A stretch of DNA of 51,022 bases, counting the filler, from Catajapyx aquilonaris (Eukaryota): NCBI GenBank assembly GCA_000934665.2. It is 2 parts of 2 records of this genome, joined end to end, with 100 filler letters (N's around TTAATTAATTAA, not from the genome) between each part and the next. Parts side by side here need not be neighbours in the genome. Positions count along the whole stretch, not along the records: positions 1 to 25,409 come from JYFJ02005366.1; 1 more part is not named here. One strand, written 5' to 3'. The notes beneath the pieces are model-generated. The model did not search any database. It was not told the DNA's origin and saw only the letters and a program-made list of their open reading frames with translations. Shown one piece after another: positions 1-12,729 of the stretch. A program made the translations under genes and the position numbers. Each line of letters starts with the position of its first letter. The stretch's first letter is position 1.

Positions 1-1514
1 ACTGATATCTTAAAACGGAATATGCCAAAAAAATCCAAAAAATATGGGCGAATTTATTATGTAGTTTCCAAAATGAAGGCTAGTTCCCCATTGTATTAGT
101 TAGGCCTATACGACTTACTTCATGGTTTGTAGAGTACATGTAATCTTACAAACAGAAGCTGTTCTGCATATGTAATATGCAAATATAAAAAACACTTCAC
201 TACCATGAAGACATTTTCTGAATAATCCCAGTGATAGCGATAACCGCCTGTTACATTGTGACTGTAATAAGAGTAGCAATATAACATATTAAATTTGTTT
301 TAAAAAGTGGCATTTGTGCATTAATTTGACGACTTCTTGCACCATGAAAGGGTCTATACCATAAGCAGTAGATTAAGGATTCGCCACGGACCTCTCCGTC
401 CTTCGTCCAGCAGGACCGACCGTGCCTATTGGCGGACCCTTACGACTATAAGTGTAAGACTGAAATGAGGGCTGAAACTGTCCATGTCTTACGCAGTTTT
501 AATGTTTCTTTGCAACTTTTCTTGTGGGGTGAAAATAATAATCATATACTATATTACAGTGTAGGTGTAGAGGCAGTACAACTTAGAGCCTACCGGAATT
601 TCAATACTCATGAAAAGATCAAGAGTAATTTTTATGTGTAAAATTAATAATGCCCTAAACCGATTGCATGGACAATGTTGGTATTAAAAGCAATATCATA
701 ACTTCATAACCGACAAATGCTGATAAGACATAAAGAAATGAACGTAAACCGGTTTTAATTTTGCGATAGCTCACGGGTGGTCTAATTTATTACGTCATCA
801 ACTTGGGAGGGGGGGGGGGCTGCTCTCCAATGGTCAAAAATGATGAAATAGAGAATTGGGACGGTGGAGTGGGAGATGCAGCAAATAACGATCCATCTGT
901 ATATTTGTTTTAAAATTGGCAAATTTTAACTATTTATTTATTTTACTGTATTCTTCACAAGTAGTTTGCTGCGGGTAAGGTGGGCCATTGTGACCTTGCG
1001 GTCCGTATACGCGGCATTTTCACCGATGCGAATGTTATGAGGTCAATTTTGTTACGCACTGTAGCCTATTTGGATTTATGCGATTCTAACTGTGAGTGTA
1101 GGGCCTTACACCTATAAATGAATAATTTTGCTGCCAAATAAGACTTCGGTGGTGACGTGGCACTATCTACTAATATGGTCTACTATAGCTCCACCTTCTA
1201 TCAGTGAGTTTTCCATTTTCCTCTAGTTGCATAAATCGTGACTGGATTACAATAATAGTTTCGTATATTCTAGTGGCATGTTATAAGTTATTTAAACATC
1301 GCATTATTAGGCCTTAAGTTGTATCACAGCACAACCATGAAGAATAACAGTATAGCTTACGCACTTATCATTATAAAGATATCACGTATTTTAAGGGTAA
1401 ATAATGACGCAAAAAGATGCGCAGAAGGTAAGAAGCATTACGCTGGTATATAATACAGTATATGTATTGAAAATACTCAAATAATACATTCATGGTGTCT
1501 ATTTCTAATGTTAC

Positions 1515-1848
1515 GGGGAGGCGAAGTGGCGCTGCGGTAACGTATGCGCCCGCGGATGTTAAGGTCCCGGGTTCGAGCCCAACCCGGGGTTTCCTCCCTT
1601 CATCTCGCGCAGAGTAAGACCGTCTCTGGCTTCGTTTCGGGTGGCGATCCTTCCACATATGCCACCCGGGGGAGTTCACAAAACGGCACATCAACGTCTG
1701 TGCACATGCACTTTGCACATCCCCTCCCAGTTTCCCTGCCCGTGGGTCCGGGCGTATTCAAAAATAGACAACAGCCCTTTCCCTCCAATGGTGGTAATCC
1801 ACCCCCCTATAGACAAAAAGGTCACCACGGGGTACTTCAAAAAAAAAA
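1515..1848 (+). mobile_element. tRNA-derived SINE (family A, copy 1), full length with poly(A) tail
   Basis: Pol III A-box-like GTGGCGCTGCGG and B-box GGTTCGAGCCC; A-run ending 1848; target-site duplication TCTAATGTTAC(GG) at 1504-1516 and 1849-1861; related copies at 10301-10865 and 12313-12729. Confidence 0.9.
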
Positions 1849-4800
1849 TCTAATGTTACGGCTACAAACACCAAGCCACGTTCCTGTCGATGCCGTGTAT
1901 GCATCACTTCAATATTCTGCATGTCAATAATATTATCATTATTATATTAAATATTTCTTCCCACGCTGTCCAAAAAAATCAAATCCCTTCCCTTATGTCA
2001 CGTGTGAGGTTGTAGAAAGTCCTTCCATACACTGTGGTGTCTAATGAATGTACAATTTGCATTGAATCAGCCGGAATGATTGCATCATATAATATTCTGA
2101 AGCAGCATGACTGTACTACTGTAAATGATACTTATTATGCCAGTTTCCCATGGTGGGCTTATCTGATCAATGGCATGAGTTTAGTAATGATATAGGTTGC
2201 TTTTTTTAAATTAATTTGTAAACATGGGTTTTGAAATTGAAACCTGGTAGTTTAGATGCATCATATTAGTTAAAAATATTAAACCAGTGGTTAAGTAAAT
2301 ATCGCTCGACACATGTGCTGTAAGAAAGCATTAAATTTGAAAGGCGCTTAGCATCATCATGTGTGTTCAAAATGAAGTGTAAAACCAATGTCATTTATAG
2401 CAATTGAGCGTGTCGTTTTGGAAGCACAATTTTCCTAACCTATCATTACTCCGGTGGCTACCGGTCATATAACTGGAGAGGGTTGGCCCGGGGCATGCTT
2501 GTTGCGGTGCTGCTTCTGGTTCAAAGTTCGCAACCAAGTGACCATTGAGAATGTGCCAGCGAAGTGGACACGTAGCAGCAACAGTACACGCATGACTGAG
2601 AGTTTGCTAACTTCTTTTTGCAACCTTAGCTTTCCACCGATTCCATGCCCAGACATTACTGTCAAGGCTTTTGCAAGCCACTTTCCAACATATGGCTGAC
2701 CACTCTTTATGAATAAGCTTTCATGTACTCTAACAGAGTTTAGTAACATTATTGCTGCTTTAGAGCCATTTATTTTTTTAAAAAAAAACTGCAAGTACAC
2801 TAAAAGTACTTTTACGGTCTGAGCCAACTTAGATAATGCAATAATCAATTGTTATAGCTGATGAGGTCATCCATGCAAGACAGTAGTTGCAGTTGCTTGC
2901 AATAAAATTGCGCAATGTGAAAGGGCTTGAATATAGGTGTGTCCCTGGGTATGGGCAAAGTGAACCGGGCTGTCACACATGGCATCAGTGACCGGTGCGA
3001 GGGCTTTCAAAGCCCGTGTGCAAATTCGCAAAGCGCACACAATCGGGTTACGAGCACTTTTAATTCAAAAAAGTGGCGCGAAACGGCAGGGTGTTGCGGT
3101 TCACCCAGTAGGTCAGTTGGTATATTTTTGCATTGGCTCCATATATTACTACGCAATCCTTCTTAGTGGCACTAAATTGCCAACACTTAGCCTAATGCTC
3201 GCGCGAATTTAATCCCGCGTGTGACAGTTCTGAGTGAATTCTTCATGAGACAGCATTATGGTACATGCATGAACCGGCCTTTTCTTGACACGTGAAAATC
3301 AGGGCTTAACGGCATACATTGCGCATTAACAACGACAAACTGCTGATCTGGTTTTTATCTTATTTTATGATACGGCTTGCAGTCGTGACGCATTACATGG
3401 TGGGAAATTTTAGTCCCTTGCGTGCTGATGTTTCAAGCAGGACGTTTACAAGTGAAAAATGGAGTACATTTACTGGACATTTATGTCCGGTTTTTATATT
3501 TTCAAAAGTACGATGACAAGCGGCGTAATACTGGCACATAAGTTTTTTTGTTGCGAACATATCTGTTGTGAACAAAACTGCTACTGATTACACTTAAACA
3601 TAACTGTATACAAATATAATATATTACCGATACATGGAAACTCATGTTACTCTTAAAAGAGGTTTCTTTCAGCACTCTAGTGTGAAATCAAGAAAATGTG
3701 CTTAATAAGCACCTTGACTATTGTTGTGCTTCACTTTTTAAATTATTTGCTTGAAAGTAAATCAGAAACTTTCAATCAGTATGTCAGTCAAATATAATAT
3801 AGTTATTAAAATCATTACCTGTGACGAAGAGTTGCACCACATAACTCGACGAGAAGCATTTGGACACTGCTTCATTTACTGGAAATAAATGGACTTAAGG
3901 AGTTTATTACTTCATATCAACCTCAATCAACAAACTAAAGCCAGTATATTATCCCACTGCTGTTAGCACGAGAATAAAATGAATGAAATCTTCTTCCAGC
4001 CACATCCAGGTAATTGTAGCTTATCCAGCGTCATATCAACACCCTCACGCATCATGTATAACGAAGCAGCTGCAATGCAAAAAAGTTTTCACGCGAGCAT
4101 CATATAAAAGGCCGAGCAATGAAAGTGAGTAAGTGTATTGTGTGTGGGTTGGGCCATGCACACACAGACGTGGTTTAATAATAATAATGATACCATCTGC
4201 TCCGCCGTTACTGACCTGTTGACCTCGACCCATGTCTTCCTGAGATGGACGGGAAGTTGGCAAGATGCAAACGGAATTGCCAAATGCATTGTTGACCCCT
4301 CCCTTTCCTCCTTCCCCCTTTCGCCAATTTGCATATGCACTTAGGAAGCAGTATGTCCGGAAACAAGTTTGCCCTAATCTGATATTCGGGAAAATTAATC
4401 GAGTTGCTTCGCACATCTTCCCTGGGTATATAGATATACATATACATATTTAGAGCTTGCATGCAAGTGGAGATTAATGCGGTAGCTTCCTGCCATGGGC
4501 AAATCACAAAAGTTGGGCGTTGCCACTTGCAAGTTGAAGCAAATCGTGTTGTGCCTCATCTGGCTGGGGGTTGATCGTGGTTTATGACTCTGACTCACTG
4601 CAGGTACAGTAGTCGGAATAATAAAATGGAAGACATGTGCGACTTTGGAATGAGCCGGCAGTCTTTCTCATGTAGATTCAACCTGCTAATATGCTGTTAT
4701 TTAATTAATTAGCCAATGCGAGAAGGTTGTACAAGAAAAAATTAGGTGTAGAAAAAAAATGGTGGAGGGTCCATACATTTTGGTTGTTCATATGCAAAAT

Positions 4801-7800
4801 GAAAGGAATAAGGGGGCGGATCTTTGATTTACAAAAATTATGCTAATTTATGACTGAATGGACGCCCCTATGCCGCCTACTGACTTGGCGTCATCCAAAT
4901 GTGCTGATTAACTAAATGGCATTTATTTGTGCGGGCCAAACGCATCATGACGCAACTGTGTCGGATTAACTGTTTGACGAGTAAACCTAGACAACATAGA
5001 TTTGACACATTTTAAACCTGTTTTACACCTACTATTCCGGGGCTGTATGGGGAATTGTGGAGAGATTTAACGGCAGGTCCAACCTAATGAAAGCTGATGA
5101 GACAGACTGTCAAGAGAATAATAGGTCACCTATTATAAACTGTCCCCCAACTATAGCTACATGAAAGCGACGGCATTATTTTTCGCATACCTATTGTCAT
5201 TTTTCTATACCTTTGTGAGGGTGGTATGATATCTGAAATCCCGCTAATCTGTATGGCCGCTAAGTTATAGCAGCTTAAGATATTATTTGAGATATGGCTT
5301 AATTTGTGAAGCTTAATAGGATTCCCAGTTTTGTACAGGTTTTGAAAAGCCAGCCATTTTAATAAACATATTCTGTGACCTGTACTTGGCCTAATTAACG
5401 GCACCAAATCCCGGATTAATTCCCAACGCCTTGTCACATACGTTATTTTTAGTGACCACATTATTAGAAAATATGTCCACAAAACATGCAGCGTAGCAGG
5501 GTGTCAAGTCACGTCCCACAAAATTGACTTCCGTCAGTAGATAGAGTCAGAAGGGCAACCAAAATATTTTTTCCCCTCAAAAAAAAAGAAATAAAAAGGA
5601 AGTTGCCCCTTAGGCGTTTATGTAATGACAATTCCGGCTTCTTAATAGCCTGGGAGGTGAGCGGAGATAAACCGACCACATCCTTATCCCTCCATTTCAT
5701 CGCTTTTGTACACTCGGAACCAACGCAATAAATTACATTGCTTCCCCCCTTCGAAAAACAGATAAGTGAAATTGGAGTATTAACGTTTTTCGTCCAAGAA
5801 AGGTACTTGAGGAAGCCTTGAGGGGCGAATCCCGGGGTTTCCTTCTCCCTTCTTTACGGCTCGTAAAAGGAAAGCATCAGATAATAAATAAGAAACGAGG
5901 GACACCTGTCTACCTGCTGCCACAAAATTCGGACCTGAAACCCAATCGTGACATGGAAAAGGAAGCCATTTCGACGTTTTGGAGCACTGCAAGAGGATCT
6001 AGCAGCTTGGCTTTTTTGCACCTCCACCTTTTATAACCATGCAAACTGTCTAAAACTATGAACACGCTTGTTAATCTAAAAGCTTTCGTGCTAACAAGAA
6101 TGATAATGCGTTGGACTATGGATATATATTTTTTCCTCCATTTGCTTGTAGTTATACTTGTGCGTCAACTCATTCGAGATAATTGCGCACACCATTTTTG
6201 TACTTGGTTTTATGATGCTAGCGAATGAATCATGTGCGCATTAATGCGTGGTTATTTTTTTTCATTCCAGCAACCGTCGGGAACAACAAGAACAAACAGA
6301 CGAATTGTATAATGCAACTTGTAAATCGTTTGTTCCCAATTTATAGGAGGGAACAATTTCGTGCACATTTTTGTGTGTGTATTGTTCCTTGAGCAAACTG
6401 CTGTGGTAACATGCATGTGGAAAACGGGTATTAGGTTAGCGAATAAAACCTGGGCCACGTTTTATTGATGCGAATCCCTGGCGCTGCGCGCATGGAGTAG
6501 CGCACAAATGTGTTTTGCAGCTGCACGATCCTGTTCCATTCACTCAGCCAAGTCTCGAATGATTATAGGATCTTCCAAGGCGACGACATTATGTGGGGGT
6601 GTATGGTAGACATATTGGAAGGGTTGACTATTCAACAGAATGTCTCACTCACATGACATAAAACGGCACCTGCACTGAGAGGCTGATGTAAAATTGGCTC
6701 ATTTTGTAGCTACTAGGCCTAATGACAGACTACAGTATTAGTTGGCTGATATATCACGCGATAGTACTGGCGTTCGATAGTCCAAATAGGTTGCTGATGT
6801 CAGTTTGTTCACAACAAAAAATGCACCATAAACAACTGCTCATTTTTGTCTGCAGATCGGACACCCATATGCTATACGTTTTCTCAGCACCTTGCACACA
6901 CTTCACGATGATCTACACTATAAGATATAGTTTTGCATGGTCGGTCCATCATCAGGACGGCTCGATCGTCATTAGCAAATCCAGCTGCTTGTTTCCGCCA
7001 CGGATTATTAACCATACTTTGCATACTTATCGAGCAAACCCAATAGGATAGGTCCTTTGTTGCGGCTAGGCTGGCAACAACAACAAAAAAGAGGCGAGCA
7101 CAAAGGGCGCATATCCGCAATTCCTGGCACGTCAGATGCTCACCTGGCAGGGACCACCTTCGCAAATTTGCACGCCAAAGCTGAGGATGATATGGCATCC
7201 TGTGCAGGTGAAAGGAATTGGACAGCCTCATTTCCTGGTCGGAAGGAAATCCAGACTAAAGAAAAGAGTCGCAGCTTTTTTTTCCCATTGGAGACCAACG
7301 ATACACATCGCATGTCGTGTGGATGACCAGTCCAGTCAAGGCGGGTGTTAATGTTCATCGACATGACAAGGGCCTTTCAGCAAGTTGGGGGGTTGGCTTG
7401 ATGTAAATCTTACGTCTGCTGGTGTTTGCTCAAGGACCATATGTCCAAATGTGTTTCAAGGACTGTTAAAGAGGCGTATGCTAGATTTTGCCACACGCAA
7501 GTGTCTTATATCAGGTCCGAATTGAACAAATCAGACGGGGGGAGATGGGCTTCAAAAAGTGGGCAGGTGGGTTCATGTCCAGACTGACCCCTGACCGTTA
7601 GTTACGCCGCAATTAAAACGGGCATTTATGGCAAAAAGGAGGGGTCAGCTGCTCGTGTCCATTTGCAAACCTGCCCAGGAAACTTTCCAAATTGGTTATT
7701 CGTTTTTGTGGCCCTCTCATTGCATGGAAATCTGATTAGGCTGATGGACAGCATAACAGGCTCGTTATTAGTAAGACGATCAAGAAACTAGGGGGCTTGT

Positions 7801-9299
7801 TATTTCGGTGCAGCCTGCGTAGGCATTCGTGATCCACTTAATATAGGTATTATTTCCTTCAAGATTAAGACAACTTGTCTCTTTTTATGGCAGATCGTCA
7901 GCCTTCGGATATTTTGCATAAGAGCTGCAGCACATATGCTTGCTTTAAAACATCATTCGGGATAATTATATGGCATGATATTAACACTTTATGACTGCTG
8001 AATATCAAATTTAACTTCATTAATAATAATGGTCTGTCTCTCTACAATGCTTTAATAAGCAGTTATATGTTTATATCTTCTATCGGTGAAGTAAATGCCT
8101 GCAGCAGTTTCAAAATGTGCGTGTAAGGTGACTTGAGTTTAATGAGTGCTTAATACCATATGGTGACTCTAATATACGTATTTAGGAATGTAAATCTTAA
8201 ATATGAAAAATAGCAGTTAGTGAAATGAGCTATTATTTCTCAGTTAGAAGAATTTATAAGACATACCGTACCTACATATAATAAAACGAGCATTACAATC
8301 AATTTACAAACTCCCTGACCTGTTGTTAAGAACCTTTCTACTCTGTTAGCTGTATACCCAAACCATCAGTCAGCAGTATGGTAATGGCGATGGTAATGGA
8401 ACTTATGGCCGGTTGCATGGACGAAGGTCAATCCAGAACAAGTAGCTTAACTGATTAGTTATATTCACATGGAATGAATCATTTGTTCTGCAGTCTCCCC
8501 TTAGAGAGGAGATTTTAGCGTGAATTGCAAATAAATTATTGGAAGCTAGTGTAAAATGAGGGTCCCATAATGTTTCCGAATGTATAGGACTACTATTTCC
8601 ACCAATGCAGAAAAGAATAACCTGTCACCAAATTGGTTTTGAATATCCAAGCTTGGAGCTCTTTGCGACTACATATTGCGGAATCTGTTATTCAGCCAAT
8701 GACCCCGTAAAAGTTTTAATATTGGCAGAAAGAGAGAGCCGTTTAAAACACATTGCAATAAAATAATCACCCAATCACTTTTGTGTGTAGCATATTGTCG
8801 CATTTCATTAGGATATCTAGTCGCTATAATCGAAAATGAAGGGATTTACAAATGATGAGAGAAACACATGTGTTATGAAAGTTGGTAACAAAAAATTATC
8901 ATCATCTTCATTTTCATGGATAATAAAGATGTCACACCCATGTTTTTTTCATATCCTATACCCTGTATACGGTTTGATTATTGCATTCACTACAAGGAGT
9001 AACAAAAAGCATGCCTGTAATTCTACATAATTATATGCACATTCCCAGGACAAGGAAGACATAAGGATGAATGAGTGATGTGCATAGCAAAATAAACCTA
9101 TAATGCATTGATTGGAAACTGTATGTACTACAGTAATAGCTTTCAGCACGAAAATTCCAAGTGAAATTAATTATGAAAAACTCGTATGTACACAGCTTAT
9201 AATAATTCATACCCCGTTATCAGCCATCGGCTCTTTAGGGGGGAAGTTTGTTTTGCCTGGAACTCTTTGCTTTTCATTTTACTGTGCTCTTTGGGGTAG

Positions 9300-9470
9300 G
9301 ATAGGTACGGAAGAAAGCGGCTGTGGCCTATTAATTACGGAAGCAACTCCGGAATTCTCCTGGAGAATCCGCGGGAAACCACAGAAAACCACGGTCAGAG
9401 TTTCCGGCCCCGGGATTTGATCCCAGGACCAGTCGGACACCATATCCCCTCCTCCAAACTGCTTCGGTTA
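9300..9470 (-). mobile_element. tRNA-derived SINE fragment (family C)
   Basis: Minus strand shows B-box-like GGTCCTGGGATCAAATCCC followed by GTGGTTTTCTGTGGTTTCCC...CTCCAGG...CCGGAGTTGC...TAGGCCACAGCCGCTTTCTTCC, resembling a SINE body I recall from many arthropods; single copy here, no TSD found. Confidence 0.6.
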
Positions 9471-10300
9471 CACAGCTTATATGTTTGGGATTCTTAACCG
9501 GAAGAGTTCCCAAGAATACCTTGATGAGGATGTAATAAATGATGATCCTACTAAGTGATTTCCTTACTGCGTGAAACAGGAAGCTGGCGTGTGCCCTAAC
9601 TCTTCAGAGTCACCCCAGAGTCTATTCTGTTCATATAAAAGTCTAACTTTCAGGTTAAACTGATGAACTTTTAAGCCCACGTTGGATCGATACAACTGCA
9701 GTGAAAATTAAATCATAAATAGCAAGTTTATTTCTGCGCGCTCTCAAGCTTGAGCTGGCATATACCTCTGGGCATAAAAACAAGAGCTTTGAGAGTTGAA
9801 ATCCGGCCTAGGTCAGTCTTATTATCATGTTGTTCAACTCTCGGTTGATTCCCCACCTTTATATTGCGTGGATAATTTTATTGTCAGTCCATTGGGAGTT
9901 ACATTTGTATCTCTTGCGTTCGTCCTTTTTCATTTACAGAATAATACAGTATATAAATAATTCCATGAAATGATTTTTGACGAGTTTTGACTATTTGAGA
10001 TTCTTCATTATGTGCAGGTCTGAAGTGATGTAGCGCAATTTAACCAGGGGTATAGGTATACCTTGTTGTAGTGCTGGAGGAACCTTACAAGCTTCACAGT
10101 CCGATACGTTAGAATAAAAAATAGTACAAGATGGTATATACGCTATACCCAAGGGAACCTCCAAAAATGAGGGCGGGGTAAAACTTGATGGATAACTCGT
10201 TCAAGTTTCGCATATATATTCCCACTGGTAGATCCCGACATGTACACGGGAGTGAAGTGCTCATGCGCAACTGGAGAGAGTAATTCATACGTTTTATCCA

Positions 10301-10865
10301 GGGGGAGGCGGAGTGGCGCTGCGGTAACGTATGCGCCCACGAAGAGGAAACCCAGTCAGCTGCAGTCAAAAACAGGGGTATCAGTTGACATTTTATTTCA
10401 TGTCTTTGTGCGCTTTCTAACGCAATGAAAATTTTTTGGAGGGCTCTTCAATGTACCTACCTGGAGCTTTGCAATTTTTCGTAATTAAGTATAATTACGA
10501 AAAATTGCAAAGCAAAGTAGTGAACATAAATCGCTAAGTTAGGTGTCGAAATTGTGCGCTTTTCCATTCCATCTCGATAATGACCCGTGACGTATGTCCT
10601 TAAAAATGTGAAAAATGTTGGGTCGTCTCTGGCTTCGTCTAGGGTGGAATTTCTGCTAGACATATCCACCCGGGGGAGTTCACAAATTATGTACCATCTT
10701 GGAAACTTTGCACTGCACATTGCACATCCCCTCCTGATATCCTCCCCATGGGCCCGGACGATTCAAATGAATAAGCACCAAAAATGTAACACCGATCAAT
10801 AAGAAATAAATAAAGGTCAAAGTGCTTGTACCCAAGGGGTGAGAAGCACTACCCACAATTATTAT
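10301..10865 (+). mobile_element. SINE family A, copy 3, interrupted internally
   Basis: Head 10301-10342 nearly identical to copy 1; body resumes ~10621 (CGTCTCTGGCTTCGT...CCACCCGGGGGAGTTCAC...TGCACATCCCCTCC); ATT tail; 11/12-bp TSD TAC(G/T)TTTTATCC at 10288-10299 and 10866-10877. Confidence 0.8.
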
Positions 10866-11445
10866 TACTTTTTATCCCGCCCCATTATTGCAGGTGTTCA
10901 CTCTTTGGCAGTATCCCACTTTGACTAATGAATATGACTTGGGCGTATTAAGAGTGATTTGAGTGTAAATACACTTATCTTAACCTAAGTTATGAAAAGG
11001 TGCCATCAGATATTTTATAAATTATCCATGAACTGTAATACAGTGCAACTCCATTGTAAGTTGCTTATGAACTAGCAAAAACAACAACAACTCACATACG
11101 CAAACATGGTAGGGCAACAGGGGCTGCAGAGCATTTTATCGCAAAACTCCCCTATAGTAACATGTCATGCGTGTGATTTTTGTGCCCTATTTTGTCACTA
11201 TACCCTAATAGTCCGCTGCAAAAGATATCCTAATGTTTCTCTCCCTTGACTTTTGCATATAGGCCTATACTGCATTGCTCCGAGCAATTATAATGAGAAT
11301 ATAGGCCTATACATTAAAGTGTATGATTGCCAGTAATATCTATAACTTCAGTTGTGACTTACCTAGAAACATTCCAGAATTTCAAGAAAATAAATAAAGA
11401 AGAACAGTTAAAACCCAATTTATTCCACCATTTATAAATTTATAA

Positions 11446-11501
11446 ATAACATTTCTCTCATATTACACGCCTATAGGCGTGTAATATGAGAGAAATGTTA
11501 T
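11446..11501. repeat. Perfect 56-bp palindrome with no spacer
   Basis: ATAACATTTCTCTCATATTACACGCCTA|TAGGCGTGTAATATGAGAGAAATGTTAT, checked base by base. Confidence 0.97.
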
Positions 11502-11701
11502 AGACACAGCAGTCGCACAGTTATTGTAAAGTGCTGCGCCAATTTATTCAGGATTACTTTATCATCAGTTTTGCATTCACTTTCGAAAATATCTAGATTC
11601 TAAACCATTATCATTAAATTAGAATACAAGATAATTGACATGTAACTTATACCATGGTGACTCTAAAGTTAGGATACATAGATAATAATTGTATTGTATT
11701 G

Positions 11702-11785
11702 TTGGTTTTCAGTTGTGCCAACTATATCAACTTATCCTTTACTGACTGACAACAATATGCTATAGTTGGCACAACTGGAAACCAA
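11702..11785. repeat. Inverted repeat with 25-bp arms (MITE-like hairpin)
   Basis: TTGGTTTTCAGTTGTGCCAACTATA (11702-11726) pairs with TATAGTTGGCACAACTGGAAACCAA (11761-11785), 1 mismatch; outer arm continues at ~11954-11968 after an insertion. Confidence 0.8.
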
Positions 11786-11789
11786 GAAT

Positions 11790-11949
11790 CATCATCATCA
11801 TCATCTTCACGGCGTTTCCCAAACAGATATGGGGTTGCCAGCGGATATTGAGGATGAGGTCCTTAATATCCTCGTATGACCACATACATATACAAAAAAA
11901 AAATCTGAAGCCTGGTCAGGTACTCGCAGATAATGGGGGGGGGGGAGGG
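11790..11949 (-). mobile_element. 5'-truncated retroposon 3' end with (GAT)n tail, RTE-like
   Basis: Minus strand ends ...GCAACCCCATATCTGTTTGGGAAACGCCGTGAAGATGATGATGATGATG; flanked by imperfect 14-bp duplication TGG(A/C)AACCAA(G/C)AAT at 11776-11789 and 11950-11963. Confidence 0.55.
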
Positions 11950-12307
11950 TGGCAACCAACAATACAATCGAATTACCTATATATATTTGACCTAATTTAT
12001 GGCCTCACACAAATATAATTTAGACCCCGTTGTAAGGACATAAGAGAAAATGTATTATGTAATGGAGAATTACTGTTAATTTGTGTTCATACAACCGGAT
12101 GTAAGATACTTGGCAAAAATGCAGATTATTATATGGCTATATGAGTAAGCAAAGCATATTTAATATTCCAAAAACCAACGTGATACTGGTGACTAAACAT
12201 TTTTTTTTAAATCGTCGGGTTGGAAATACTGATTTTAACACATCCAATTTTGATATTATTATCATTATTAAGAACAGATATGCTTACATTAAATTAATGC
12301 AATATAT

Positions 12308-12380
<73 letters not shown>

Positions 12381-12400
12381 TAAATAATAATAAAAAATAA
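12308..12400. repeat. Compound microsatellite (TAG)n(TAA)n
   Basis: Directly visible trinucleotide runs; forms the tail of the minus-strand SINE. Confidence 0.95.
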
Positions 12401-12729
12401 TCCGGGGTAGTGCTTGACCTAATCTGAGGTATGCAGCACGGACCTTTATTTATTATGTCAAGTACATTTGGAGCCTTTATACGTAACGCCCGGGCCCACG
12501 GACAGGATTACAGGAGGGGATGTGCAAGGTGCAGTGCAATGTCTTAAACGTGGCCATTTTTAGTGAACTCCCCCGGGTGGTTTAGTCTGTTGGAAATACC
12601 ACCAGAGACGAAGCCAGAGGTGACCCTGAACTCTGCACGAGATGAAGGGGGTGTCCCCGGGTTGGGATCGAACCCGGGACCTTAACATCCGTGGGCGCAT
12701 ACGTTACCGCAGCGCCACTCCGCCTCCTC
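12313..12729 (-). mobile_element. SINE family A, copy 2, full length with (TTA)n(CTA)n tail
   Basis: Reverse complement matches copy 1 head and body (B-box GGTTCGATCCC); perfect 16-bp TSD ATGCAATATATTAGTA at 12297-12312 and 12730-12745. Confidence 0.92.

Noticed and set aside
1515..1590. tRNA gene calls for A/B-box units (also 12655-12729, 49645-49712, 50039-50112)
   Set aside because: No complete cloverleaf; embedded in repeated bodies with tails and TSDs, so SINE heads
2966..3230. Possible Harbinger-like MITE (CTGTCACAC ... GTGTGACAG)
   Set aside because: Only a 9-bp inverted match and no clear TSD
5094..5120. CTGATGA followed by a GACA/TGTC hairpin
   Set aside because: No GAAA after the stem; not a hammerhead core
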